Shown piece after piece: positions 10,465 through 19,601 of a stretch of DNA of 64,000 bases (position 1 is its first letter; each line of letters starts with the position of its first letter). This stretch comes from Spirochaetia bacterium (GTDB lineage Bacteria > Spirochaetota > Spirochaetia > SP-2023): the NCBI GenBank assembly GCA_965263295.1, contig OZ253665.1:800001-864000 (forward strand), read 5' to 3'. Position numbers and translations under genes: made by a program. Under the pieces are notes generated by a model. It was not told the DNA's origin, ran no database searches, and saw only the letters and a list, made by a program, of their open reading frames with translations.

Positions 10465-10602
10465 ATCGATCATCCTGCTTTTGGTCCCGCTATTTATAAA
10501 GTCCAGGCCAGATTGGAAGACGACCATGGTGGAAAAAGTTTGCCGCGAGGTGCTAGGACTAAAAAATTTTACGATGGGTGGGAGAGCTTCCAGCCCTTCT
10601 AG
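10465..10602 (+). pseudogene. Orphan 3' gene fragment (about 45 codons) homologous to the C-terminus of the 63206-64000 ORF
   Basis: Reads IDHPAFGPAIYKVQARLEDDHGGKSLPRGARTKKFYDGWESFQPF* versus IDNPILGPAIYEVQAILTDSYNAESLPRGAKTRKFYDGWEGFKPF*; no start of its own. Confidence 0.9.
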
Positions 10603-10665
10603 AGAGGCGGAGAAGATGGAACGTTAATTGGCATGAATTTCTGCCTGTGATATGACGAGCCGCGC

Positions 10666-10698
10666 AAGCGAGTAGCCTTTAAGGTTGCTCGCTTTTTT
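10666..10698 (+). terminator. Rho-independent terminator after the orphan 3' fragment
   Basis: AAGCGAGTAGCCTT-T-AAGGTTGCTCGCTT hairpin followed by a T run. Confidence 0.8.
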
Positions 10699-11448
10699 GG
10701 TTTTTGGGGGACCACGAAAAGCACGAAAGAGGGCGAAAAGTCACGAAATTTAGGCAGGGAAGCCGCGGGTGGCACGATGGGGAGCCGCGGGTGACAGGGA
10801 AACTTTAAAGGGGACCACGAAAGGGCACGAAGACAGCGAAAGGGCACGAAATCTAGGCTGGGGGGCTGTGGGTGACAGAAAAAAAGGGGCCGGATGGACG
10901 ACGTGAGGCGCGGGGGGCGTCCAGGGAGTAGGCGCGGTGTTTTAGGGTTTTTCGTGTCGTTCGTACTTTTTAGTGTATTTCGTGGTTACTTGGCCCGGAA
11001 CCACGAAAGGCACGAAAGGTGGCGAAAGGTCACGAAATTTAGACGGGGGAGCCGCGGGTGGCACGACGGGGAACTTTGAAAGGGAACCACGAAAGTACAC
11101 GAAAGGTTGCGAAAGGGCACGAAAGTTAGACAGGGGGAGCCGCGGGAGGCACGACGGGGAGCTGCGGGTGACAGGGAAAAAGTAAAAAAAGGGGACGGCA
11201 GCCAGGAAGGGCGTCCAGGCAGCAGGCGCGGTGTTTTAGAATTTTTCGTGTCGTTCGTACTTTTTTTGTGTTTTTTGTGGTTACTTGGCCCGGGACCACG
11301 AAAGGCACGAAAGGTGGCGAAAGGTCACGAAATCTAGGCGGGGGAGCCGCGGGGGGCAGGGAGCCAAGAAGGGCGCGAAGGTCAGAAGAGGTTCTTTTGT
11401 GAAATCCAATCCAATAACGGGTTAATAACTGTAATTTAAATAAAATTC

Positions 11449-11477
11449 TTGAAAAACTATTTTAAGTGTTATATTAT
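11449..11477 (+). promoter_or_regulatory. Putative sigma70 promoter of the sugar ABC cassette
   Basis: TTGAAA-17 nt-TATTAT; AGGAGG before ATG 11556. Confidence 0.45.
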
Positions 11478-11555
11478 AAATACACAAAGTAGGGCCGGGC
11501 TTGAAAAATTATCTTAGCCAATGGGCTTGGGGCTTGGCAATCAGGAGGTGCGTAG

Positions 11556-12824
11556 ATGGGCACAATTTCAATATTCGTTTTGACATTATCTGTCATAACC
11601 GGATCTTTTTTGGGCGGGTGTTCCAAGTCCAAAGAGGGCAATGCAGACAGCGCGAAAAATGTAACGTTAAATATTTGGTGGGCCTCTCAAAGCGAATTTA
11701 AAGAGCCACTCACTGCGGCGATTGAAGAATTTACGGCGGCAAGTCCGAATATAACAATTGAGCCGGAATGGATGCCTAATTTTGACTATTACAACAAATA
11801 TAAAATTGCACTGGCGGGTGACCAGGCTCCAGATATCGTAAAAATAGATCACGTATTCGTGCAGTCGCTGGGTTACAACGATCAGGTTTACGACCTGCTT
11901 GAATTTGGCGCAAACGATGTAAAAGAGCAGTTTATCGCTGCAACCTGGCAAGCCAATATGTACAAAGATCACGTCTACGCACTGCCATTCGACGCAAATA
12001 CATTGGCCCTGATGGTCAACCGGGATTTACTGGCTAAAGCGGGCGTACAGCCGCCTACAACGCTAGACGAGCTTATTTCGGCGTCACTGGCCGTTTCAGA
12101 CTTGGGCGAAAAAGGTGTGTATGGGTTTACAATCCCGTGCGAAGCCGGCAAGAGCGGCTTTTTGTCGTACCAGTTTGTCGGCTGGGTCGCGCGCAATGGC
12201 GGTTCTATCTTAAATGACGATTGGTCGGCATCGGCACTGAACCGGCCTGAAGCCATTAATGCACTTAAACAGTTGCAATCATTAATTGATCAAAAGGCTG
12301 TGCCCGCGAATGTGTTTATGGAAAGTGAATTTTATGCCGGCAAAATCGGCATGCTGGAAATGGGACCGTGGCACGTTCCGACAATCACAGGCCCTGATGC
12401 AACCGCCAACTTTGAGGTCGTGCCACTTGTATCTTTAAAAGATGATGTCGAAACCTACTCGCCACTGGGTCTCTATAGCCTGGCAATTTCAAAGTCTTCG
12501 GCACATCCTGAAGAAGCCTATAAATTTATTGAATTCCTCGCGACCAATGAATCCTTGCAAATTTCTTATTCAAAGGCAACGTATCTGATGCCTTCGCTCA
12601 AGCACGCATACGATGATGAGTTCTACGACAACGAAGTGTGGAAAATATTCGCCGCACAGTTGGAAAAGACGGTATCGAGGCCAGGTTCTCCAGCCTGGCC
12701 GTCAATTGACGAAGCAATCAACAATGCGATCCAAGAAGTATTGACCGCGACAAAGACGCCAGAAGAGGCCCTTGCGGACGCAGATGCCCAAATCAATACA
12801 GAACTAAAAAAACTGGGAAAATAA
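11556..12824 (+). CDS. Carbohydrate ABC transporter solute-binding lipoprotein
   Basis: Lipobox LGGC; APDIV, YALP, NRDLLAKAGV.PPTT.DEL and KTPEEAL motifs of family-1 SBPs. Confidence 0.9.
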   Translation: MGTISIFVLTLSVITGSFLGGCSKSKEGNADSAKNVTLNIWWASQSEFKEPLTAAIEEFTAASPNITIEPEWMPNFDYYNKYKIALAGDQAPDIVKIDHVFVQSLGYNDQVYDLLEFGANDVKEQFIAATWQANMYKDHVYALPFDANTLALMVNRDLLAKAGVQPPTTLDELISASLAVSDLGEKGVYGFTIPCEAGKSGFLSYQFVGWVARNGGSILNDDWSASALNRPEAINALKQLQSLIDQKAVPANVFMESEFYAGKIGMLEMGPWHVPTITGPDATANFEVVPLVSLKDDVETYSPLGLYSLAISKSSAHPEEAYKFIEFLATNESLQISYSKATYLMPSLKHAYDDEFYDNEVWKIFAAQLEKTVSRPGSPAWPSIDEAINNAIQEVLTATKTPEEALADADAQINTELKKLGK

Positions 12825-12847
12825 ATTAATTGTGCAAAGAAAATTAA

Positions 12848-14470
12848 ATGAATGAGAGAAAATTTATAAAGAAAATCTTACCGGGACTGGCGGCGGCATG
12901 TTTAACGGCAGTTTGTGGATGCGAGGATGCCGTTGGGATAGCAGGTTCTCAGATACAAGCGGATAGAACCTACTTTCAAAAACCGGCATATACGGCCACA
13001 TCCTTTAGGGTAATTGATCGCGCTAGTTTGTCCGCAGCAGAAAGACCGATGATTGCCGCTCTACAAGGTATCGTGGCCAATAAAACATCCACTCAAATTT
13101 ACATCACGGATTCGACGATGCGTGATGGCGAGTACCAGGACGGAGATGCTTATCTAATCTGGTTAAATAATTTAAGAGATAGGCATGGAATAGGTTATAC
13201 CGAGGCGGCGAGCGCTGCAGCATTGGTTGATGAATATAAAGAATATATTGATGGTTATATCTTGTACCAGAGCGGAAACAGCTCCATAAATGTCGCTTCT
13301 TCTTTGGCGGGCATATTGAATGCCATTCCTGTGGCAAAAAATATTGAGCTTGATATTTCAGCCTACGGGCTGCGTCAGGTCCTGGATGCCTCAGATAAGG
13401 ACGAAGCCTGGTGCAAGGAAAATTACTGGGATCAATTCAGCCATGACGTAATCATTGAGCAGAAAGAAGAAAATGACCTGTGCCTTAGGGATTTTGCCGC
13501 CATGCACAAGAGTATGGTATTTTTTGACGACACGCCAGACTCCCCATTCCGGACTTCCATTATGGCCAGCATGAACGATGACGCCGCAGTGATGGGCTGG
13601 GGGCAAGTAATCGGTTCGGAAGACCGTTTTATTATGAACAGCAGTCAAAATGGTGTGCATTACCTGCCCCTTGACTGGGGCAAAAACTTATCGGTACTGA
13701 GTGGATTTGATCCAAACCGTTCTTACATTCAAAAAACACAGGGCGAACCTGCATACGAAGAAAACGTGCACTACGTGGCATTTATCGTATCCGATGGCGA
13801 CAATATTCAGTGGACACTCGGCAGGGGCAATGAGAAAAGATGGTGGGGCAGCGATGCGCGTGGCGATTTCGATGTGGGCTGGACATTTCCGCCGGCATTG
13901 ATGGAACTGGCACCAACGGTCCTAAAGTGGTACTACGATACGGCTTCGACAAATGATAATTTCGTTATCGGCCCATCGGGCAGCGGTTTCTTTTTTCCGG
14001 GTGCCTATCCGGCCGCAGAACTTGAATTGGGCCTTGAAAGATTGAATGATTTTATGGGCAGGCTGGACATCAACAGTGTCGTTCTACTGGGATACAACGA
14101 TTGGGACGACACCAAAATGCTTAGTAGATATACAAGTCAGGAGAATATTGACGCTTTATTCTATTTTGAATGGTATGATTTTGGGCTCAATACACACGGC
14201 AGAAAAATTAAGTGGCTCAACGGCAAGCCGGTCATATCTTGTGGCGAGAAGCTGTTCGAAAGAAAAAAGGAATGCTTGGGCAATATCAACAAAGCTTCCA
14301 CAGATGTCTACAACGATGGGGCATATACCGTCGTATATGCCCATGCATGGGAGCCCAACATCATGGATAACATCAAATATGTTGTCGATAATTTAAACCA
14401 AAATGTGAGGGTCGTCACGCCGGCGGCAATGATTAAGATTGTAAATCACTTCTACAACCCCCAATTATGA
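12848..14470 (+). CDS. GxGYxYP-family putative glycoside hydrolase, lipoprotein
   Basis: Lipobox-like VCGC; ALQGIVAN, SDGDNIQW, GPSGSGFFFP (GxGYxYP-like) and HAW motifs. Confidence 0.75.
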   Translation: MNERKFIKKILPGLAAACLTAVCGCEDAVGIAGSQIQADRTYFQKPAYTATSFRVIDRASLSAAERPMIAALQGIVANKTSTQIYITDSTMRDGEYQDGDAYLIWLNNLRDRHGIGYTEAASAAALVDEYKEYIDGYILYQSGNSSINVASSLAGILNAIPVAKNIELDISAYGLRQVLDASDKDEAWCKENYWDQFSHDVIIEQKEENDLCLRDFAAMHKSMVFFDDTPDSPFRTSIMASMNDDAAVMGWGQVIGSEDRFIMNSSQNGVHYLPLDWGKNLSVLSGFDPNRSYIQKTQGEPAYEENVHYVAFIVSDGDNIQWTLGRGNEKRWWGSDARGDFDVGWTFPPALMELAPTVLKWYYDTASTNDNFVIGPSGSGFFFPGAYPAAELELGLERLNDFMGRLDINSVVLLGYNDWDDTKMLSRYTSQENIDALFYFEWYDFGLNTHGRKIKWLNGKPVISCGEKLFERKKECLGNINKASTDVYNDGAYTVVYAHAWEPNIMDNIKYVVDNLNQNVRVVTPAAMIKIVNHFYNPQL

Positions 14471-14573
14471 ACAATGATTGCTTGGCGAGAATGTGCAGAA
14501 TGTGTGGTGAATAATGAGCCCACATGAATCCGGCCAAAGCCGGGAATTATTTGCAGACTAAGAGGGGGAATTG

Positions 14574-15467
14574 ATGAGGCTGGAAAAGCTTAGAGTAAAA
14601 TATAGCAAAGAGATTACAGCGTATAAATTGCTTGGAATACCCCTTGCGTTGTGGGCTATATTCTTCGTATTTGCATTATTCAGAGCGTTCTTCATTAGCC
14701 TGACAGACTGGAATCTGTTACGGGAGGCCTCGTTTGTAGGACTAGACAATTATATTGAAATATTGAGTGATAAAGAAACACTGCAGGTATTCATCAATAC
14801 AATAACCTGGACATTGTTTATTGCGGTTGGGCAAAATGTTATCGGATTATTTATGGCATATATGTTGAACGAGATTCCAAGGGGAGAGGCTTTCTTTAGA
14901 ACAACTTTGTATTGGCCGGTTCTCGTTTCATTGGTTGTTGGCGCAGAAATGATCAAGTATATATTTAATCCAAGTCCTTTTGGCTTAATGAACAGCCTCC
15001 TCATTAAGCTGGGAATGGAGCCCATGGCCTGGTATCAGGATCCCCAAATGGCATTGATTTCGCTGGCCATCTTTCCCATGTTCACAGGCTTTGGAATCAA
15101 GATGATTATTTACTTGGCGGGCATCAAAGGTATTCCCTACAGCATATATGAAGCGGCCGAAATAGATGGAGCGAAAGCCTATCAGCAGTTTGCAAGAATC
15201 ACTTTGCCACTGATAAAACCCATCGTTATTTTAAACTTTGTCATGTCGACAATAGAAGGCTTTAGGGTCTTGGCCCCGATGCAGCTCGTCACCAATGGCG
15301 GACCGATTAACAGTACGGAAACAGTAGTTTTGAGTATTTATAAGCAGGGCTTTATTAAGAATAATATGGGTTATGCATCGGCTTTGGCATTTATCTTGTT
15401 TGCCATCATACTCGTAATTTCTGCCGTGCAGCTAAGGCTGCAAGGAGAGGATACAAGCTATGAATAA
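14574..15467 (+). CDS. Carbohydrate ABC transporter permease 1
   Basis: FVGLDNY; IYLAGIKGIP..IYEAAEIDGA (EAA loop); GYASA. Confidence 0.92.
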   Translation: MRLEKLRVKYSKEITAYKLLGIPLALWAIFFVFALFRAFFISLTDWNLLREASFVGLDNYIEILSDKETLQVFINTITWTLFIAVGQNVIGLFMAYMLNEIPRGEAFFRTTLYWPVLVSLVVGAEMIKYIFNPSPFGLMNSLLIKLGMEPMAWYQDPQMALISLAIFPMFTGFGIKMIIYLAGIKGIPYSIYEAAEIDGAKAYQQFARITLPLIKPIVILNFVMSTIEGFRVLAPMQLVTNGGPINSTETVVLSIYKQGFIKNNMGYASALAFILFAIILVISAVQLRLQGEDTSYE

Positions 15468-16293
15468 ACAGCGTAAAGGCAGTTACATTTTGTTTTACAT
15501 CATTCTGGTTTTTTATTCCGTGATTCAAGTATTCCCATTTTATCTAAAATTGGTGAATTCCTTACAGCCAAGAGATTTCATTCCCGTTTTAGGCCGGCTC
15601 TACTTATATCCTGAAAGCATCAATCTGGCAAATTATATTGAAGCTTGGAATGCCGCTGGTTTAGGGAGAGGCTACATAAACAGTCTGATTTATGTAACGC
15701 TTTACACAGCTATCAGTGCCGTGATTGTGGTCATTGCCGGTTACGTCTTGGCAAAAAAGAAGTTCAGGGGGAATAAATTGATCTTCTTCGCCCTAATATC
15801 AACCATGATGGTTCCCGGCGAAGTTTTGTTTATTCCAAACTACTTGCTTATTAAGGACTTGGGCATGCTGAATAGCCTTGCGGCCCTTATTGTACCGGGG
15901 CTTGTGAATACGTTCGGAATATTCCTGACCAAACAGTTTTTCATGACAATTCCAGATTCGATTCTGGAGTCTGTATATTTAGAAGGGGCTTCAGAGTTGA
16001 CGATAATCAGAAAAATCATGTTTCCATTGGCCGCACCCGCTGTTGCAACATACTCCATCATTACTTACACCTCAATGTGGAACGAATATATCTGGCCTCA
16101 AATCGTACTGACAAAGTCGAGGTTATACCCTGTGCAGTTGGCACTAAAAAGCTTTGATACGGATTTTAAAACGCCCTACTATGACATATTGAATTCAGCC
16201 GGAATGATTATGACTTTTATACCTGTGGTCGTTATATTTTTGATATTCCAAAAGAAATTTGTCGAAGGCGTGAGCTTAACGGGAATCAAGTAG
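15460..16293 (+). CDS. Carbohydrate ABC transporter permease 2
   Basis: AGYVLAK..FRG; IPDSILES...EGASE; WNEYIWP; FQKKFVEG. Confidence 0.92.
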   Translation: MNKQRKGSYILFYIILVFYSVIQVFPFYLKLVNSLQPRDFIPVLGRLYLYPESINLANYIEAWNAAGLGRGYINSLIYVTLYTAISAVIVVIAGYVLAKKKFRGNKLIFFALISTMMVPGEVLFIPNYLLIKDLGMLNSLAALIVPGLVNTFGIFLTKQFFMTIPDSILESVYLEGASELTIIRKIMFPLAAPAVATYSIITYTSMWNEYIWPQIVLTKSRLYPVQLALKSFDTDFKTPYYDILNSAGMIMTFIPVVVIFLIFQKKFVEGVSLTGIK

Positions 16294-16394
16294 GGCTCCA
16301 GAATATTTAGAAACCCAAGCTTGATGGTCTCATCCGTTAATCAGGGCCCTGGGCCTGCTTTTTATTTTGTCGTATTCTTACAGAATTTAATTAT

Positions 16395-17630
16395 CTACTG
16401 TTTGGCCATACGCCTTTTGCGGGCACGGATTTCAATATTATGCGCGGAATCAACGGTTTTTTTAAATTCCTCTAAATCATTGCAATAGATCATGCCTTCT
16501 TCGTTAAGAGACATACAACGATGATCCATCAATTTTTCAAAGGATTCTTCACCGACATCAATAGCAAGCCCACACATTTTTATTAACTCGGTTTTGCCAA
16601 AAGCAAATTGATGCTTGGCACGACGGTCACATTCGACATGTTGCTTGAGTAACTGGGTGAGTAGGGTGTCCCATAGCCGGGTAAGTGGATCCTCAATCAG
16701 GCTGTTGGCAAGCTGTTTGTAAATAGTCCATAAGCGATCTGCCAAGACCGTCAATAATTTAGTCACCAGTTTTTCATTTTGCAGTATGATTTTCTCGAAA
16801 TTGTTTTTATCCACGGCCATAATCTGGGTTTCGCCATAAGCTATGATATTTGCTGTGCGATCTTTATCGTTGAGTAGGCTCATCTCTCCAACAATTTCAC
16901 CAGCATCGAGAATAGCCAAGATCATTTCTTGGGTGTCGATAATTTTAGTGATTTTGACTTTACCACTTTGAATGATATACAGCTCGGAGCCAGGCATGTG
17001 TTCCGCACAGATCATCTCTCCGGACTGGTATGTACGGCTAAAACCTTTCTGGGATTCAACTGTAATGCCTATTTTATCCAGGTAATTTTGAGCTTTTTGT
17101 TTGTGCGAACCTTCGGGATGATTTTCTATATAAGAAGTAAAAACCATGGCTGCATGTTTGGGGTTCTTGGCATTGTAAAAAAATTCACCTGTTTGGAACA
17201 GTTTCTCCGCTACATCCTTGCTATGATCCGCATCGACCATGTTGGCCGCCAATTCGTTGTCATATCGCCGCAGATCGCTGGACAAAGACCGGATAATCTT
17301 TAAGGCGATGGAAGGAGCCTCTAGCACCAGGTCCCCGAATTGAGCACGTTGAACCATAATCATTGAGCAGTCAGTCAAGGTGACAGCTGTCTCGTTGGCC
17401 TCCTGAGAGCTCATGGCACTGATGACACCGAAAAAACTACCGGGGCCGAGAATTTGGCTTTGTATGCCTAACATCTGATTTACGAGTGTTTCAATGCGTA
17501 CTCTACCAGATTGAATGATAAAAAAAGCACCTCCATTTTTCTGACTGTTCGCAGGCTCGTTCTCAATCATGACGTAGGAGCCTGTCCGGAACTTGACAAT
17601 AGATAAAGAACTCTTATTCACAAGCTCCAT
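16395..17630 (-). CDS. Crp/Fnr-like protein with two cyclic-nucleotide-binding domains and a central TPR-like segment
   Basis: FFIIQSGRV...FFG and LYIIQSGKV...GEMSLL..RTA motifs; central helical segment LFQTGEFFY...YIENHPEG. Confidence 0.8.
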   Translation of the reverse strand: MELVNKSSLSIVKFRTGSYVMIENEPANSQKNGGAFFIIQSGRVRIETLVNQMLGIQSQILGPGSFFGVISAMSSQEANETAVTLTDCSMIMVQRAQFGDLVLEAPSIALKIIRSLSSDLRRYDNELAANMVDADHSKDVAEKLFQTGEFFYNAKNPKHAAMVFTSYIENHPEGSHKQKAQNYLDKIGITVESQKGFSRTYQSGEMICAEHMPGSELYIIQSGKVKITKIIDTQEMILAILDAGEIVGEMSLLNDKDRTANIIAYGETQIMAVDKNNFEKIILQNEKLVTKLLTVLADRLWTIYKQLANSLIEDPLTRLWDTLLTQLLKQHVECDRRAKHQFAFGKTELIKMCGLAIDVGEESFEKLMDHRCMSLNEEGMIYCNDLEEFKKTVDSAHNIEIRARKRRMAKQ

Positions 17631-18044
17631 AGCTGCTCCCTCAATAATAAAAGTCTATCATGCTAAAAGTTGCTACGAGCTAGGAAAACTGTTGATTGCT
17701 TCATATTTTTTATGACCAGGCACATTACCATAACAAACTTCATGCAATACTGTAGCTTTAATATTATAGCAATAACAAAGTGTCAGCTGCAAGCTCCAGG
17801 TTGACTTGCTTGCAAAAGGTTATTTTTCTTGTCGTCAATTAATTGGCAGGCATTGCTGCATCGACAGAAATTTCCCAGAAATTTACTCTGAGTTTTTGCT
17901 CATTACTCTTTACTTCGTATTTGTAATTTAGTAGCTTATATCTCTTTATATTTTCAGCTTGGGCGATATTGGCAGGAGTGACATGGAACCTCTAAAGGAA
18001 TGGGAGCCAAATCTGGAATAGGCCGGAATAAAAAAGGAGTATTA

Positions 18045-19100
18045 ATGTTAGCGAAAGATAACCCACAATCTAGCCGCAATTCTACTGGAGGCCATACAGA
18101 CGTAACGGAGACTGATTTTATCCGGAACTTAAAGAGATTTGGCCCGATGTTGATGGGCATACTCAACGTTAGCCCCGACTCATTTTACGATGGCGGCAAA
18201 TACCTGCAACTTGAAGCTGCCGTGATGCACGCTCGGCAAATGGTGGCAGATGGCGCCAATATTATTGATATCGGTGGAGAAAGCACTCGTCCCGGCGCCG
18301 TGCCTGTCGATGTCGAAACCGAATGGCAACGAGTGGGCCCGGTAATGGAAGAACTACTGCCTTGGCTACATACTGAGAACCAGCGCCGTCTCGGCGAAGG
18401 TAAGCCCAGGATTTTCTTGTCGGTGGATACTTACAAGGTCGAAATCGCGCGGCGCAGCTTGGCACTGGGCGCCGACATTATCAATGACGTTTCGGGTGCT
18501 CAGAGCGAGCCGGAAATACTTACCGTGGCGGCAAAGTCGGGAGCCAACTACATTGCGATGCATAATTCATTTATCTTGCCATCTGCACCCGATCAAGCCG
18601 GGGAAGTAAAGGAAGCCGGCCGGCGGCCGACGCCCCATACCCTAAAATCATTTGTCCATTACCCGGCAGATCCGCTGCCGCAAATAGCCATGGAATTGTA
18701 TCAGTTGTACGATACAGCTCGCCTGGCCGGCTGCCATAATATCGTGCTTGATCCGGGCTTGGGTTTTGGCAAGGATGCCGCCTGTAACTGGCAACTTTTG
18801 GCCCAGTTGGAACGCCTGCGGCGCGAATTCTGCCGCGTCGCCACAATGGAACTGGCGCTGTGTCCGCCGATCCTGATCGGAGCTTCCAACAAACGTTTTG
18901 TGCGCCAGTGGCAGGAACAGGAAGAGGGGCAGAACGAGCCTGACCATCAACGCTTTCTCAGTGCTAACCTGACAGCTTGCGCCACCGCTTTGTTGGGCGG
19001 AGCCCAGCTCGTGCGCAGTCACGAAGTGCGTGAGCACTATCGTGTCTTGCGCAGCGTGCGCGAGTTACAACGTTACAACTCCGCAAGCGCGCAGACCTAG
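18045..19100 (+). CDS. folP: Dihydropteroate synthase
   Basis: MGILNVSPDSFYDGG, DIGGESTRPG, SVDTY, INDVSG, DPGLGFGK, SNKRF, RSHEV; start at ATG after AAGGAG. Confidence 0.93.
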   Translation: MLAKDNPQSSRNSTGGHTDVTETDFIRNLKRFGPMLMGILNVSPDSFYDGGKYLQLEAAVMHARQMVADGANIIDIGGESTRPGAVPVDVETEWQRVGPVMEELLPWLHTENQRRLGEGKPRIFLSVDTYKVEIARRSLALGADIINDVSGAQSEPEILTVAAKSGANYIAMHNSFILPSAPDQAGEVKEAGRRPTPHTLKSFVHYPADPLPQIAMELYQLYDTARLAGCHNIVLDPGLGFGKDAACNWQLLAQLERLRREFCRVATMELALCPPILIGASNKRFVRQWQEQEEGQNEPDHQRFLSANLTACATALLGGAQLVRSHEVREHYRVLRSVRELQRYNSASAQT

Positions 19101-19109
19101 TGACCTGGT

Positions 19110-19592
19110 ATGGACAAAATTATTTTTTCCAACCTTCGTTTTTGGGGCTGGCACGGCGCGTTTCGCCACGAGCAGTTGCGCGGCCAGTACTTTGAGCTGG
19201 ACCTTGAATTGAGCTGTGATTTATTGCCCGCCGGGCTGAGCGATCGCCTGGAGGATGGCACAGATTACGGCCGGCTATATGATTGTGTCAAAGCTGTAGT
19301 TTGCGAACGCCGTTTCCGTTTGTTGGAAGCCCTTGGAGATTGTATTTGCCGGGAGATTCTGGAGCGTTTTCCATCTATTTTTGCGATGCGTCTGCGTCTG
19401 CGCAAGCCGCAAGCGCCTTTGGAAGGAGGTATCTTGCCAGATGGGTACTGGGACATGCCCAATGCTTCGTGGAGTGCGGGGGCTGAGCCTGGAGACCAGC
19501 GCGCTTCAGCCCCAATCCCAGCTTGGAATTCTGGAGCTTTTGGTCCGGGTGGCAGTGTCGGCATTGAGATTTTTCGCCGGCGGGAAACTTGA
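19110..19592 (+). CDS. folB: Dihydroneopterin aldolase with C-terminal insertion
   Basis: MDKI...F.G.HG...E...GQ.F..D, DY, LLEAL, KPQAP, VGIEI. Confidence 0.9.
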   Translation: MDKIIFSNLRFWGWHGAFRHEQLRGQYFELDLELSCDLLPAGLSDRLEDGTDYGRLYDCVKAVVCERRFRLLEALGDCICREILERFPSIFAMRLRLRKPQAPLEGGILPDGYWDMPNASWSAGAEPGDQRASAPIPAWNSGAFGPGGSVGIEIFRRRET

Positions 19593-19601
19593 GTGTATTG
19601 A

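Larger units (their letters stand above)
10465..10995 (+). repeat. Left arm of long inverted repeat (partner 62822-63343)
   Basis: 10779-10995 matches the reverse complement of 62822-63038 (217 bp, no mismatch seen by eye); 10592-10719 matches about 63089-63216 with 2 mismatches. Confidence 0.92.
10374..11356. repeat. Modular non-coding repeat array built from units of four CGAA(A) motifs (REP/BIME-like)
   Basis: Direct units (ACCACGAAA..CACGAA...GCGAAAG..CACGAAA..TAG..GGGGAGCCGCGG) at about 10374, 10711, 10814, 10999, 11085 and 11295; inverted units at about 10941-10987 and 11234-11282; higher-order period about 290 bp. Confidence 0.85.

Noticed and set aside
10465..10602. Diversity-generating retroelement template/variable repeat pair with the 63206 gene end
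   Set aside because: Mismatches are not confined to adenines in either copy (ATT/ATC, TTG/TTT, GAT/GAC, TAT/CAT, GCA/GGA), and no reverse transcriptase is in the window. Two variable repeats from a template elsewhere cannot be fully excluded but nothing here supports it.
10442..11337. Short ORFs over the repeat array, and their counterparts at 62911-63209
   Set aside because: Translations of repeat DNA with no RBS or protein-like composition
10374..11356. CRISPR array
   Set aside because: Units are degenerate, occur in both orientations, and the intervening sequences are themselves repeated rather than unique spacers; no cas genes
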